Shown: positions 1 to 14,075 of the stretch, one piece after another
How positions within the stretch are numbered: position 1 is the stretch's first letter
How the letters are laid out: every line of letters starts with the position of its first letter
Origin: Rhina ancylostomus
Taxonomy: Eukaryota
Length of the DNA stretch: 64,000 nucleotides
NCBI GenBank assembly: GCA_030265395.1
Contig: JARFYF010000001.1
Coordinates: 91,996,871 to 92,060,870, forward strand
Reading direction: 5' to 3'
Translations under genes and position numbers: made by a program
The notes under the pieces: generated by a model
What the model saw: the letters and a program-made list of their open reading frames with translations, nothing else
What the model was told of the DNA's origin: nothing
Databases searched by the model: none

Positions 1-230
1 ACGTAGAGGAGAACACATTGTGAACACCGAAAGCAGTACACTAGGTTAGAGGTGCAAGTAAATCACTGCTTTACCTGGAAAGACAGCTTGTGTTCCTGGA
101 TGATGGGAAGGGAAGAGGTGGAAGGACAAGTATTACATCACTTGCAGTTGTTTGGGGAAGTACCATAAGAAGAATGGTGGTTGGTGCAAATGATAGAGTG
201 GACCAGAGTCTAAAAGACAATGATCCATGC
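1..230 (-). mobile_element. Penelope-like retroelement fragment (GIY-YIG region)
   Basis: Reverse strand reads TCTSNLVYCFRCSQCVLLY, the typical Penelope endonuclease N-terminus. Confidence 0.6.
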
Positions 231-1770
231 AAAGGGGAAGATACATCTGGTTGCATTTTTTCTCCACATCCCCCCCCCCCTTTGTTTTCCCTCATTACCT
301 GTGGCCCCTTTCCTTTCCCCTCACCCACCCTTATGACCTACCTACTACCTCCCTCTTATTCCCCACTTCCTTTGTTTCATGGTCTACTATCCTCTCCTAC
401 TAGATTCATCCTTCATCAGTTGTCTCCCAGCTTCTCACATCATTCCCATTCTTTCCCCCTCCCCACCCAAATCCACCTCACCACCTTCCCCAGCACTCCT
501 TGGCTTGCATTAGTTCCTGGTTCAAATCACTCCTTGGCCTTGCAGTTCCACTAACATCTTCAACACCCTCCAGCCCAGGAGTGCATGGGACCTGGAAATT
601 GTAGTGCTCCTAAATATCTGCTGCCTTTGATCTTGTAGGTTGGAAAAAAAGGTGCTGCCAAAGCCTGCATGAGCAGTGATGGCAAAGCTCTTAAGACAGG
701 AAACAAATGTTGCACTCGTGACTGGGAAAGAGTGAAATTTTAAAGTGATGAACATAATCCCAATCAAGCTGAATACTCTGTTCTAGATGGCATCTACCTC
801 TAGTAGTATTGAAGGTACATTTTCAAGGAAGTACACAATATCCTATCACACGCCAGATAGTAGAGAGGCTTTTAGGAATCAGGTTTTAGTTACTCCAAAA
901 TACCTAGCCTCTGACTTGCTCTTGTACCCATGGTCCACAGTGATTTCCTAGAGGCTGATGATACAGAATTCAGTACCACTACTGCCACTGAAGGTCAATG
1001 TGGTTAGATTGTTAGTGAGTGTCACATTTACTTGATATGCATCACCCCAAGCATGTGTTGCTCACATTACATTCAAGATGGGACTTGTTTTAATGCAAGA
1101 TCTGAAAAAGAATGTCTCTAAACAGGTGAGCATTCACCCAGTGCATGAATTAAATGGACTTAAGACACAAAAACCACAACCTTTAACTGAGTAACAAGTG
1201 CTGTTACTGAGTAACAGCTGGCACATACAAGACATACAGACAAGTGTAATTAAATCCTGCTGCATTAATTGAGCTCAGTACACAGTAACTAGCTTGAGCC
1301 CTTGATTCTACAATCCTATAGCTGTAAATCTTAGAAGAGCAAAAGCAAAATACTGCACATCAAATTAAAAGATGAGCATTAACAGGTTTTGCACATCATT
1401 AATTATAAACAAAATTCAACATCATTGTAAATTAAAACCCTAACATAGGAATTTGATGTAGATAGCAATGGGCAGGGGTTGGATGTAGGCCACTCAGACT
1501 CAAGCAACTTCCAGAAAATTTTGCTACAGAACTTTTCAATACATTGAGAGTCACTCAACAGGTGCAATGCATGATCTATGAACCCCACTCTTCCACAGAG
1601 GAAAGTAAAAAATTCAAATTTTCCAGTACTGGCTATCTTGTTTTGGGTTATCCTTGCTTTTGGATCTGACATTGTCCTATATTTTAAAATACCAGTGAGA
1701 AAAATTCCAGTGTCCCCAGTAAAGTTCAGAAACATGAAATGTACAAAATTTTAAGTAACTATGTACATTC

Positions 1771-1776
1771 TTTATT
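1771..1776 (-). terminator. Candidate polyadenylation signal AATAAA, copy A
   Basis: tttatt on the + strand, 250 nt past the stop codon, in a context similar to copy B. Confidence 0.5.
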
Positions 1777-2025
1777 TAAAAGGAGTACATAAGAGAAATG
1801 TAATTTACATCATTACATTTAATACCAAAAGTAAAAAAAGAAACTGGATCCATTGCCAAAAAAATCTAAAGTGAAGTAAATGAGTTATTTAACTCTCAGT
1901 GACAAGTTAAATGAATACAGTTCATTAAATGCAGCTACAGCTTTAACAAATTTAAGATTTGTTTTTCTCAGACAAATTCAATTCTTTACATCACCTTTCA
2001 CTCACTCAAGTCCACATCAACAGGC

Positions 2026-5000
2026 TTAATCTGTACTCTCACCAGAAGGGGATCGTGTACGTGATCTTACATGGTCCCCAGAGGCCATGGAGGAATGACC
2101 TCTCTGCTCCTTAGCAGGAGCAGGTGATCTACTATCAGATCGGGATTTGCTGCGACTCCTACTTCTACTTCTGGAACGACTATAGGACTTACGGCCCCTG
2201 GAACGAGATCTGGAAGAGCTTCGGCTACGAGAATGAGACCTACTACGAGACCTGAAAAAGAAAATGTACATTTGAATGGTCAGAACAAAAATACTATTTT
2301 ACAACAACTCAGTCTAGATACAGGCTTGTAATAAATTTTTTGCTTTAGTTTTATCCAGTTAACATCCAGTCTTCATGTTCCTGAATTGGTATATGCAGGC
2401 TGGTAAAACCAAACTTGAGGTGTTAGCTGCTAAAACCAAAATGTATATATTTAACCACTCTAGCTCAATGATCCTGTTGCCTGTACCAAGTTAGTCAATA
2501 TTTAAAAGCTATTCTATCTTATAAATCTTCTTACTTAATTAAAATCCAACACACACTAGACCAAGGTACTTCAAGTTAACAGAATTAGAGGGTTATACAG
2601 CACAGTAAACAACTATTCAGCTCAGAGGCCATACCAGCTCTAAGCAAGAGCAATCCCAGTTTGTCCCAGTCATTTCATGTGTTTATCCAGTTGCCTTTTG
2701 AACACTACAATGAAATGTGTCTCCACCACTACCCCGGCAATGTGTTCCAGACCTTAACCACTCATCAAGCCAATTTTTTTTTAAACCCCATTTCACTTGT
2801 GATTCTTTTCCCCCACTTTTGTTTTATGGCCCCTATTTCTTNNNNNNNNNNCAATGGGGACTGTCCATCTCCTATCTATACGATTCTAAAATACTTCAGT
2901 TCTCCTCACAATTGCCTCTATTCCAAGAAGAACCACCCAACCATTTCCACTTTCTACATGTGAAGTCCTTCATCCAAGTCATTTTGCTTAATCTTTTCCT
3001 AACCTTGTCCAAATGCCTCACATCTTCAAAGTGTAGCACCCAAAACTAGACATAATAGGCCAGATGCATTTTATAAAAAAAGTTCATCAAGCCTTCTTTG
3101 CATTTGTACTCCATGGCTCTATTCATAAAGTCTAGGATTCCAACTGCTTTTTCAACCTGTTTCTCAACTTGCATGAACAGTTTTATTGCATCATGCACAT
3201 ACGTAGATCTGTTCCTGTGCTCCTTTTTACAACTGTGCCCTTCGGATTATACTACCCTTTCTCATTCTTCCTCAAAATGTAACACTTCACATTTCATCAG
3301 CCTGTTTATATATCAGTGATGTCTAATATCATTCTTTAGGAGACAAGAAACTGCAAATGCTGTAATCTGGTGCAAAAACAAAATGCTGGAGTTCAGTGAG
3401 TTAAGCAGGCAAAGGAATGGTTGATGCTTCAGCTCAAGATCCTAATTCTATCCACAATTTAACTGGTGGAATATATTCTGTATCTTGTTATTCATTAATA
3501 AGATGAAATGTTTTATTACAAGTTTATTATTACTAGTTTGAAAAAATATGTATGGGAGAATTTGCTAAAAGTCATTTCTGTAAATCAGGACATTCGTAAT
3601 CCAGAGAGCCCCTGAATTTCATAAATTTTCATGCCTTTGTACTCAAATCACTGGAAGTTAACTTGCAAAGATATCAGGCAATGAAGGTGAATTGTATGTT
3701 GGCCTTTACTGCAAGAAGATTTGAATGCAGATGTAAAGACATCTTTCTGCACTTGAAATTCTCCTTGGAGACTGTACTTTGAGTATGCGCCACAGATGCT
3801 CTCTCTGTCCAAGGAAGGATATACTTGTGATGGAGAGTGCAACAAAGAATTGTCACATTGATTCCTGGGATCCTATGATTAAGTAGACAGTCTATATTCT
3901 TGTGTTTAGAAGATGACAGGCAATCTCATTAAAATATATTCTCACAGGGATCAACAGAGAAAATTGAGGAATAATATATCCCCTGTCTGAGCTGTCTGGA
4001 GTCAAAGTTCTCAGGTTTTAAATAAGTGGTCTGCAAATCAGAACTCAAATAACATTTCTTCACCCATAGGGTGATGAACTTTTGGAAATCTCTTTCCGAG
4101 GGGCTTGGAGGCTTAAGTCACTGGGTATATTCAAGACAGAACTGAACATTTTTAGCTCTAAATAGGTCAGCTTAATCCAAGGTGCAGAAAATTAGTGAAA
4201 CAATAAATCAGGGATAGTTAGTGAGTTCATCTCTATGTCCTTTTTTGAACATACATTTACAATCTTATAGTCCTCAGACATTACACCAGAAATCTACAAA
4301 TGTTCAGAAAATTATAACCAGATCTCTCGTAATTTCCCCTTTCTTCCCGCATTAGAACTTAAGTGCAGATGCTCTTCTTGTGCTTCCTTTTAATCTTTTT
4401 AAGAATTGATATCTGAGGTTGATATCTACTCTATGCAACCAAGTTGTATTGCAATTACCTGCGTTGTTTACGTTCCTCAACCACTCTGATCTTTCTTCCA
4501 TTGAGCTCTGTGCCAGAGAGCTTCTCAAGAGCATTTTTCACATCACTATAGGAGGCAAACTCAACAATTCTAGAAAAAGAAACAGACTTAAGTTTGTAGT
4601 CACATAGAACACGCTTCACAAGAAATACAATTGTACACCACTTGAGTTCCTCATGTCTGCTCCTCCATTCAATAAGATCATGGTTCATGATTTATCTCAG
4701 CACCACTTTCTTGCATGAACCCCACACCCCTGGATTTCCTTAATTTCCAAATAACTGTCAATCCATCTTGAATATACTCAGCAAGCCCCAATTCTTCACC
4801 CTCTGGGTATCGAAATTTCTTCTCACCTCTGCCTCAAATGGTTGGCAGGTTTTTTTTGAGAAAATGACCCTTTGTTCTATTTGTCCCAACCCAACCAGAG
4901 AAAACAACAATATTATATCCCTTCCCAATTTTGACTTTTCCATCACCACCTGTCTTAGGGGGATAGGTTTGCCACTGACATCCATTANNNCCCAGTTATC

Positions 5001-8000
5001 TTGAACAAACCTTCTCCCACCCCTCTCCCATTTCTGCACTCCCTGTCATTACCTGTTCCGAAGACAGGATTTTCCACACCAGTGCCTCAGACGTCTTTTT
5101 TCTTCATTATGACTTCCCCTTGACCATAACTGACAAGGCCCTCAACTGCATTTACCCTGTCAAACACTTAAGAATGTTGTATGTTTCAATGAGATCACTT
5201 CTTATCAGAGTCACTCACTTATATAATGTTGTGAAATACGTTGCTTTGTAGAGAATATTGGCTGAGTATTCTCCTCATACAACAGAGTCAATCTGGTGAA
5301 TCTCTGCTGCACCCCCTCTACTGAAAATATATTCTTCCTTGTGTAGGGATACAATCTCAGCAAGGGTTTATATATAACCACTTTTACTCTTGCAAAGAAA
5401 TTTTCTTGTATTAACGGCTAACAGATTGCATGCCTACTTGCTTGCTGAACCTGCATATTAACTTTGTGATTTGTATACATGTATCTATCTAAATATCAAC
5501 ACTTTTCAATTCTTCAGCATTTAAAAATACATCACTTTTCTATTCTTCTACCAAAATTGATGATTTCACATTTTCCTGCTGCCATTCATTTCATCTGTCT
5601 ATATCCCCTGAAATTTCTCTCCATCCCACTCACAGCCCAAATTACCACCAGGTTTTGTGTCAAAGTTGGATGTATTACACTTAATTCAATCTAAATCACT
5701 GATGTCAATTGTGCATTTGGGAACATAGCATCAATCCCTTGGCACCCAATTGGTAACAACCTTTTAAAACACAAAAATAATTGTCAATGCCATTTACTCT
5801 TTGTTCAGTTATCTATTATGCAGCATTTTCAAGTCTAACACACAACTTTAACTGGTGCACCTGTATGCTTGCTACAATCAAGAAAATCCAATAGATTTAT
5901 CAAACGTGATCTCCTTTTCATAAATCCATATTCACTTTGCCCAATCCTATAATTATTTTCCCAAGTGCCTTGTGTTACAGACTGTTACAATTAGTGAGGT
6001 TCGATNNNNNNNNNNNNNNNNNNNNNNNNNNNNNNNNNNNNNNNNNNNNNNNNNNNNNNNNNNNNNNNNNNNNNNNNNNNNNNNNNNNNNNNNNNNNNNN
6101 NNNNNAAGTAGTTTTTAAACACTTATACATGTCTCAGTGTGTTTCTGTTGTTGCTGGTACCTAACACTCGTTTTATCTCTTCAATAACAGATTCCAGTAT
6201 CATCAGGCTAACTGGTCTATTCATTCCTTGTTATTGTTCTGTTTCTCCCTCCCTTGATATTTTAGTTCTGAGGAAAGTGCAAGACCACTCAGAATGCTCA
6301 GATGAAACAGGGTAGATGTAAACAGTGTAAACGTTCAGATTTCCTTACAAACATGATAGGAAAATATGACAATCCAGTCATTTATTTCAAAACTATTTTA
6401 AAAGCTTTCTACAACTGATTTTAGGACCACTTACAGTGAAATGTGGAGCAATTTCTTAGTAAATAGTTCACAGATGATTACAAACCAGTTTCTCACAGCA
6501 GCATAGTTTTACAACAGCATTAGCACAGATTTTATAACCCTTTTGCCTCCCCTCCCATTTACAGAAGCTATTTACAGACTGACACTACCCATTCGATGGA
6601 AGCCTTCCCGGTCATCACCCTCCTTTAAAGGCAGACATTGCCACAGGAACAGGCTATGACAAGTTCAAAATATCTTGTAACTCACCCTTCGTTCATCTTG
6701 TGCCTGTGTGCATCTGCAAAGGTAACTTCTCCAGCCTGCCTCATGAAATCTTTCAGATCCTATGCAAGAGCAGATCAGTTAGACAAATCAAAGCTTATTC
6801 ATATAAAATGTCTCTATTTCCATATATCATTGGAAAAGCAAGCAAAAAAAAGACATCCAATTTCAAAATTTGTATTACCTTCCCGTACAATTCCCTAGGC
6901 TATTCAACCAGCCAAATGTAACAAGTGTTCGCAGAGGCACCACCACGACCGAAGACCAGATGGTTCTCTTCACCACCCGCTTGACTGACACTACCCATTC
7001 GATGGAAGCCTTCCCGGTCATCACCCTCCCTTAAAGGCAGACTCTGGCATTGCCATAGGAACAGGGATTGCTACTCTTGCGCTGTGACCACGGACTTCTT
7101 GCCTCACTCCAATCGAGCTTCCAAACAACCCTACCAGCGAATTTCTCCCAATCAAGGACCTCGCATTTACAGCAGGCTCTCAGAACTCTCGACTTTAGGA
7201 CACCTTGTTATCATTTTCAGGGATGCAGCAAGGTAATGGCACTAAACCCAGTGCCCACCAGTGTTGGTCAGGCCACCACAACACAGATTTAGATCAGCAA
7301 CTGATAAAGGTAGGAGCAGATTGGCATTTCAACTAGGCCCAAGAGACCAAGGCACAGCGATTAGGAAAACCAACGGCACTCCACGTCACAAGGCCAACGA
7401 CACGAGAGGCTGGTAAATAAAGGTTTTAACACTTGGTTAAATTTCAAAAAACAAAATCTGAGTGAACACATTTTAGTTAAGGTTAGTAGGCAATCAAAAG
7501 TTATTTGTATTTAAAGAAGTTAAGCTAATCAAGTTAAAAGGAGCAGTACTTAATTTTTGTAGGGCAACTAAAGGTCAACTGATTCTTTAATATACTGTAG
7601 TTCACATCTATTCTATATGGATCACCTTGCTTTTTTTGCAATGAGGCCAAAAAGGGCAGCAAAAGAAAAAGTACAATATGACAATGCCAATTTAGTACAA
7701 AAATAAATTCTATGCCAAAAGTAGATAGAAGTCTCAGTTTTCCCTTCATGATGGTGTACTTAATTGTCTAACCCCAATTTCCTTGTCAAAGGTGCTAACC
7801 TTACTTGAGTTCCCAAGTATAATTCTCCAATTAACCAATGTGCAAGTTTTATTTAAGTGTCAGCAAGCAATTGTGCTGTGGGGTCTAGCGATATCAAAAG
7901 GCAAACCCACTTAACTTTTCACCTTTCCATCAATGTTGTTACTGGGGCTCCTGGCATTTTTTTCCCTCCACCCTCTAGCCTAGCAACATACACTGGCCAA

Positions 8001-10771
8001 GGTCATCCAAATTAATGCAGATCCATTTATCCTGCTCAAAACCACAATACATTAAAGAGCCCTTGGGTCCCTCAAGATTTTCTCAAAGAAATGTTTAAGA
8101 TGGAAAAAAACAGGACCAAATTCCAAAATTATCACAGGTCTCTAAATAAGTTGAAAGTCAGCATCATTGCTTTCAAAGAAAGTTTTATATTGACCTCATA
8201 GCAAAAAAAAAGTTAATGCTCCAACTCAAACCCAGACATTGGCATTAAGTGTAGCACCTTTAACTGCAATTTTTCAATTCATGGGAACACTTGGAAAGTG
8301 ACAACTTTTATCAACCAACTGTTAATGACATGTTTTTATTAAGAGTCATTTTCACAATAAAAAGATTACATATTTAATATGGACATTTCAGGAGTGTCCA
8401 CACATTTGTTTGGTGAAAATTGCTACCTTTATAAATATAGAAACTGATAATCCAGTTTAGGCATGGTAGCAGCTCAAGCTATTGTACTAATGTCACAATT
8501 ACATTCCATGTTTCAACTGCAAGGCAGTGTTTTTTTGGAAGGAACTATACTGACATACATAATGCCAAAATGTTGAGAACATCTTTTTGTTCTCCTACAC
8601 CATGTTACTATGATTTTGTGTAATTCATGCACTGAACAATTATTTGTCAATGTTTCTTTAAATTCAGTTAGAACATGTTGTAACACTTGTTTCTCAAAAA
8701 TCTGGCAGAGACAGTATTACACTGTGTCCTTGCCTGGAAAATGACTCTTAAGTTAACCTTGAAAGCTCTGCTTACAATTCAATAAATGCTAGTTTAATTT
8801 TTCAACTGGTTTAACAAATTACACAAAACTGTGATATAGAATTAGATAATACATGCGACATACCTGCCAGCTAACTCTGGAAGACAGATTTTCAACAATA
8901 ACTCTGTTTTCTGTTCGAACTGGCGGCCCATTTCTAAAATGGATAATATGTTATGTTCTGTACTTTACAGTTATCAACAGGTACTTCTTTCTGGACATAG
9001 TTCAGAAAGAAAAAACAAAAACTTCCTGCTTCTCTGCAATTCCCACTTTAAAACTACTAAACATTTCTCACATTCTTGAGAACATTCAAAACTCAAAGTT
9101 TTTCTATTTTCAGTTGATGAATGTAGGTTTTAGAAGTCTGAGGTTTACCTTGAGAATATTGACCAAGCTTCTCTTCCCACCATACAAAAGATTTGAAATC
9201 ACTGGTTTTAAAAGAAAATATGACAACGCACGAGCATTGATTGGTCTATGAGGCCATAATAATCTTACCCAAGTGAGAGTCTGGAAATTGAATGTCATCA
9301 GTCTACTTGCTATTTAGGCAGCAGTTATCTCGGGCTTCAACCAGAGAGTGTTCAGTTTCTATTTGTCATTTCAATAAGAACCATATGTTTTCAGGCTCCT
9401 ATCCCCGAGGATTGTAAGATAATGGTACGAAGTGTTGCAAGTAAAATTTCATGGATTAAATCCAAGATCTTCCAGTTCCAATGGCTCAGCACCACACTAA
9501 GTTACCTATTTATGGCAAGCAACATCTCTACTTAACTAATGTTAACAAATTAACATGGACTTAATATAAACAACAGGCAAAAAACATTTTGCCACTTACA
9601 ACTTTTGAATGGGAACAGTACAAAAATTGTATAATAAATTAATTTGTCATATTAAACAAACCTAGACACCTCATATGACAAGTTATTTGCTTAATCAATC
9701 TACTAAAACTTCTAAAGAAAGTAAGTTTGCACATTCGCTACATTTCCAAGCTTTTTAAAAACAAAGGTGAATGAACATACCTTCCCGAACTACGTTGATA
9801 GCTTTGGCTAAAGCGACCTTGATATCTTCCTCCTCGTCCTCCCCTATTGCGTGCTCTGGCATGCTCAACTGTCACTCTGCACACAAAATGCTTAATTATG
9901 TAGCTAGAAACATTGAAGAATACCTTATCATTTTAAGGGTGATGGTTAATGAGACTGGAGTGCTTACCTTTCATTGCACAACTCTTTCCCATCCAGTTCA
10001 TAAACTGCATCCTCTGCATCTCTGTAATCTTCAAACTCCTGAGGATAGAACAATAGATTTGTAAGCAATTTTATTAAAAAACTGCAAGTGCTGAGAACCT
10101 ATAATAAAAACAGGAAATGCTATAAACACTCAGCAGGTCAGGCTGCATCTGTAAGAAAAGAAACAGAGTTAACACATCAGGTCAAAGAGGAAGACAAAAA
10201 GTCTTAACACAAAATCTTAAGTGTTTTTCTTTCCACAGATGCAACCTGAACAATGATCATTTACAGCATTTCTGTTTTTATAGCAGATTTATACTTTGTC
10301 TATACAATTTTCATATTCCGATAGTCTGGATCTAAAGCCCTAATTATTGGATAAGTTTCTTACAAATAAGTGATTGGAAAGCCACATCTCCACCTCCAAG
10401 AAATGGATCAAGAGCCTTCACCTACTCATATTAGTTATTCTTAAACCAAAGAAAAAGACAAAAGACTGAAAGGTAGTTTCAGTATGCATCTACAAATTAG
10501 TATTTGTCAAGATTAAATTCTCTGTACTAATTACCCAGTAGTCCCAACAAATTTTTTTAGATAAAACTGGGCAATTGAATGAATTTGATCACTCCACACA
10601 TACTCAAGAAATACAACTAACCTCAGCATTAAAAATAGAGAATCTTACCACAAATCCAAATCCATTCTTCAAATCAATTTCCTTAATTCGTCCATACCCT
10701 CTGAAGAACCTCTCCACGTTTTTTTCAGTGGCATAAGGACTCAGTCTGCCAATAAACACCCGAGCACTCAT
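2026..10771 (-). CDS. SRSF5: SRSF5-like splicing factor, tandem copy A (256 aa; RRM1-linker-RRMH-RS)
   Basis: Spliced join of 10771-10649 (123 nt, [41 protein letters not shown]), 10038-9968 (71, [24 protein letters not shown]), 9876-9781 (96), 8933-8864 (70, [23 protein letters not shown]), 6759-6686 (74, [25 protein letters not shown]), 4569-4459 (111) and 2251-2026 (226, RS domain, TAA). All introns are GT-AG, the frame is open (771 nt), and the SWQDLKD RRMH signature is present. Confidence 0.93.
3640..4230 (+). mobile_element. Degenerate CR1-type LINE 3' fragment
   Basis: atgttggccttt...gagtatgcgccacag...ttcttcacccatagggtgatgaac pattern, repeated at 22170-22560. Confidence 0.55.
4620..5990 (-). 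mobile_element. Degenerate CR1-type LINE 3' fragments in intron 6 of copy A
   Basis: Similar to 35670-37190; ORF remnant [17 protein letters not shown]. Confidence 0.5.
6879..7409 (-). other. Conserved poison (PTC/NMD) cassette exon of SRSF5 copy A, 531 nt
   Basis: Acceptor ttaaaacctttatttaccag|CCTCTCGTG. In frame after exon 5 it reads PLVSLAL-TGA. Donor GGGAAG|GTAATA. Aligns by eye with copies B and C while the flanking introns do not. Confidence 0.8.
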
Positions 10772-11149
10772 CGTTGCTGACCTAGAATGCAACTGTGTAC
10801 AAAAACAAAATCAAACAGGAACCTGCCAAATACTGCACTTCCACTGTAGTTTCGACATAGCAAGAAGTATCACTTGAAAACGCACAGGTTGAACCAAAGC
10901 TCATGATGATCAAACTCTTTCTCAAAGACAGTGGTCTATAGACTTTTATAGGGAGGCCCTGGCAAAAAAAATTGACAAGTAGCCCAAACTGGGATAAAGG
11001 GAGGAGGCCTCAGCACATGAAGCTGAGCAGATGAAGGATTTTACTGCTGTTGGCTGCAAATATTAGGAGGCTCAAGCTTACAGAGAGGGGGCAGGGTGAG
11101 GAATAAGCAAGTTACAATAATTCCCATCCAATTAAAAACAGAAGCAGGA

Positions 11150-11740
11150 TTGCAATACAGGACGACCCCCTTGCCGCACTTGCATGAACAAGCGAGGGTG
11201 GGGGTGGGTGAAGAAGGGGATCATCGGCGCCTGGGACCGCCCGGCCTGCTCACCGGACATCACCGATGGGCGGACCTCCACACAACAACAACAAGAAGCC
11301 GCTAACACAACCCGAGAGCGGGCGGCCCAGCTGGAGGGGAGGGGAGGGGAGGGGAGGGGAGGGGAAAGGACCGAGGCGCCGGTGCCTCCCCAGGACACTA
11401 CCTGCGCCGCTTTCTATATCAGCCGCTCGACACAACAACCTCGGCCCACAGCCCTGCGCGGCTCAAAATGGAGGACGCGCCGCCGGCCTCAACCAATCCC
11501 ACCTCGGCAACTGTGCCGTCACTTACCGGGTGCTTAGCAACGACGTTCACTCCCCCCCCCTCACTCCCTTCCCCTCCCGTCACCATGGCGACAGCTGGCC
11601 CTGGGGCCCGTGTCCGCCTTTGAGCCGTGAGCGGGGGNNNNNNNNNNNNNNNNNNNNNNNNNNNNNNNNNNNNNNNNNCCACCGTCCCTGATCTCCGGGG
11701 CGACTCCCGTATTCGCCACGTCCCCTTGTGCGCCAATCCC
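11150..11740 (-). promoter_or_regulatory. CpG island promoter and non-coding exon 1 of copy A
   Basis: GC/CpG-rich. YY1-like CAAAATGGAG at 11464-11473, CCAAT at 11493-11497, candidate exon-1 donor GCAG|GTAGTG at 11402/11401. Confidence 0.75.
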
Positions 11741-13343
11741 AGTCTGGAGGAAGGCTGCAGCCAACATTCCTACCTATTCCTGTTGTCCAGAACCCTCCTC
11801 CCACCTCAAGAAAATATAAACGGCGTTAAAGCAAATTCCAATTGGCCCATCCAGCTTGCAACCTTTCAGTCGCAATGTTTGTGTCTATTTAGTTGAAACT
11901 ACTGTGACCATTTCGCCTACGATCACTTTCAATGCTTCTAATAAGCTCCAAACGAGTGTTTAGTCCTATACGCAATGCACTCAAAATTAATTGCATAATC
12001 TCCAATTCTAATTTACTATTTACCAGGGCCTCAAAACTATAGAACTTAAAACTTCAGACCTGATGCAGGGTCTCGACCTGACACGTCCCTTTGCCTCCAC
12101 AGATGGCTGCTTGACAAGCTGAGTTCTTCCAGCAATTATTTTTGTTTTGCTTATGAAATTTAAAACCTTGTTGCTTGGACAATATAGTCTGGCTCTTGAA
12201 GTGCCGGGTTGCTCAAAGTGTTTTATGATTCATAGGAGAAGATCATTCCGCCTGCTTTGCCACTGGATAAGATTATAGCTGATGTTTTACCTCGGCACCA
12301 CTCTCCTGTGCTGACCCCATATCTCTTGATTCCTTTAATAGCAGGAAAAAAACAATATTTCTTTTGGAAAAATAACTCGGGGACTGAACCTCCACAGTCC
12401 TCCTGGGTGGAGAATTCCTAAGATTTACACTATCTGGGAGAAGAAATTTTGCCTCATCTGAATGGCTGACCCCTGGTTCTAAGCCAAGGGAAACAATTCC
12501 ACATCTCCTCTGTTAAGCCTTGTGAGAAGTTTGTATGTTTCAATTACAAGACTTCTCAGTCTTCTAAACTCAGGAGAGTATAGGTCAATCTGTTTAATCT
12601 CTCATCATGCAACAAATTTGCCATCCCAGGAATCAATTTGGTAAGCAATGATTTGTTTGTCTTTTTTCATGGTATTGTGCTCCTGCACTGTGGCTTTTAC
12701 TCTTCACATTTTCTACCCTACCTACCTCTGTCCATTGTCCATCTCCTCCCTTGCCTCGGCTCCTCCGCTGCTGAAACTCATCCAAGTTCCCCATCCAGAG
12801 TACATTCTGTGCCCTTAAAACATTCAAAGTTTCTGTCAAGCATTGTTGGACATGGAGGAGCACTGATTCATCAGCTGATGGAGTGCAGCAGGTGGTAATA
12901 AGGATGATTTTGATCCAATAATATGAGACACCTCCCTCTTAGCCTGTATGTAGCTATACAACCACTCTCATTGGTTTGTTGTGCCTGTGAGACAGGGATT
13001 ATGATGGAAGATTGTGACCCATTATATGTAAGAATTGTTTCTGGGAGTATAACAACTACAATTGTTGCTTGACTTCACTGTGGGAAGGCCCCCTTAATTT
13101 AGGTACCAGTCCCTATGCCACAATGTTGAGCAAAGAGCAAGCTCACAGAGAACCCAAATGCAGCAGACTGGTACAGGACTGGAGTCAGGATGCTTCCTCA
13201 GGACCAAACACCAGCAGCAACTGGAAGGAATCTTGCCTCAGAGNNNNNNNNNNNNNNNNNNNNNNNNNNNNNNNNNNNNNNNNNNNNNNNNNNNNNNNNN
13301 NNNNNNNNNNNNNNNNNNNNNNNNNNNNNNNNNNNNNNNNNNN

Positions 13344-14075
13344 TTGAAGGGAAGTAGCTGTTCTTGAACCTGGTGGTGTGGGACTTCAGGCTTCTGTACC
13401 TCCTGCCCAATGGTAGCTGCCAAGAGATGGCCTCGCCCCGATGGTGGGGATCATTGATGATGGATAATGCCTACTACCGATGGTGGGGAGGGATATGCCC
13501 ATGATATGTCAAGCGGAGTCCACTACTCCCTGCAGCTTCTCACATTCCTGTGCATTCAAAGTGCCATATCAAACCATGATGCAAACAGTCAGGATACTTT
13601 CAACAGTACATCTGTAGAGGTTTGTTGGAGTGTTCGGTGACAAACCAAACCTCTTCAACCTCCTAAGAAAATAAAGATGTCGGCAGGCTTTCCTTATGAT
13701 TGCATCTATGTGCTGGATACAGGACAGGTCATCCAATATGTTAACGCACAGGAATTTAAAGCTGCTGACTCTCTCCACCACTAATCCCCCAATGTGGGCT
13801 GGAGCATGGTTGCCCTCCTTCCCCTTCCTGAAGTCAACAGTCAGCCCTTTGGTTTTGCTGACATTGAGCAAGAGGTTGTTTTGTGCTACCATTCAACCAG
13901 GTGCCCTATCTCACTCCAGTAAGCTGACTCATCGCCACCTGTGATTCGTCCAACAGCAGTGGTGCCATCAGTGAAGTTGAAGATGGCATTGGAGCTGTGC
14001 TTAGCCACACAGTCATGTGTGAATAGAGAGTGGAGGTAATCATGCAGTCTTAAGGTGTTGATGATCAGTGAGGAT
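13344..14075 (-). mobile_element. Rex1/Babar-type LINE, C-terminal reverse transcriptase fragment
   Basis: ORF 13569-13892: NNLLLNVSKTKGLTVDFRK...RHLYFLRRLKRFG...YRCTVESILT; 3' part RRYRSLKSHTTRFKNSYFP. Confidence 0.8.

Noticed and set aside
6960-7030. C-box-like GTGATGA in the copy A poison exon, suggesting a snoRNA
   Set aside because: Not conserved in B (GCGATGT) or C (GTGATGT), and no convincing D box or terminal stem.
11096-11896. Many overlapping ORFs in GC-rich zones (also 49402-50865)
   Set aside because: Caused by stop-codon depletion in CpG islands and repeats; no recognisable protein.
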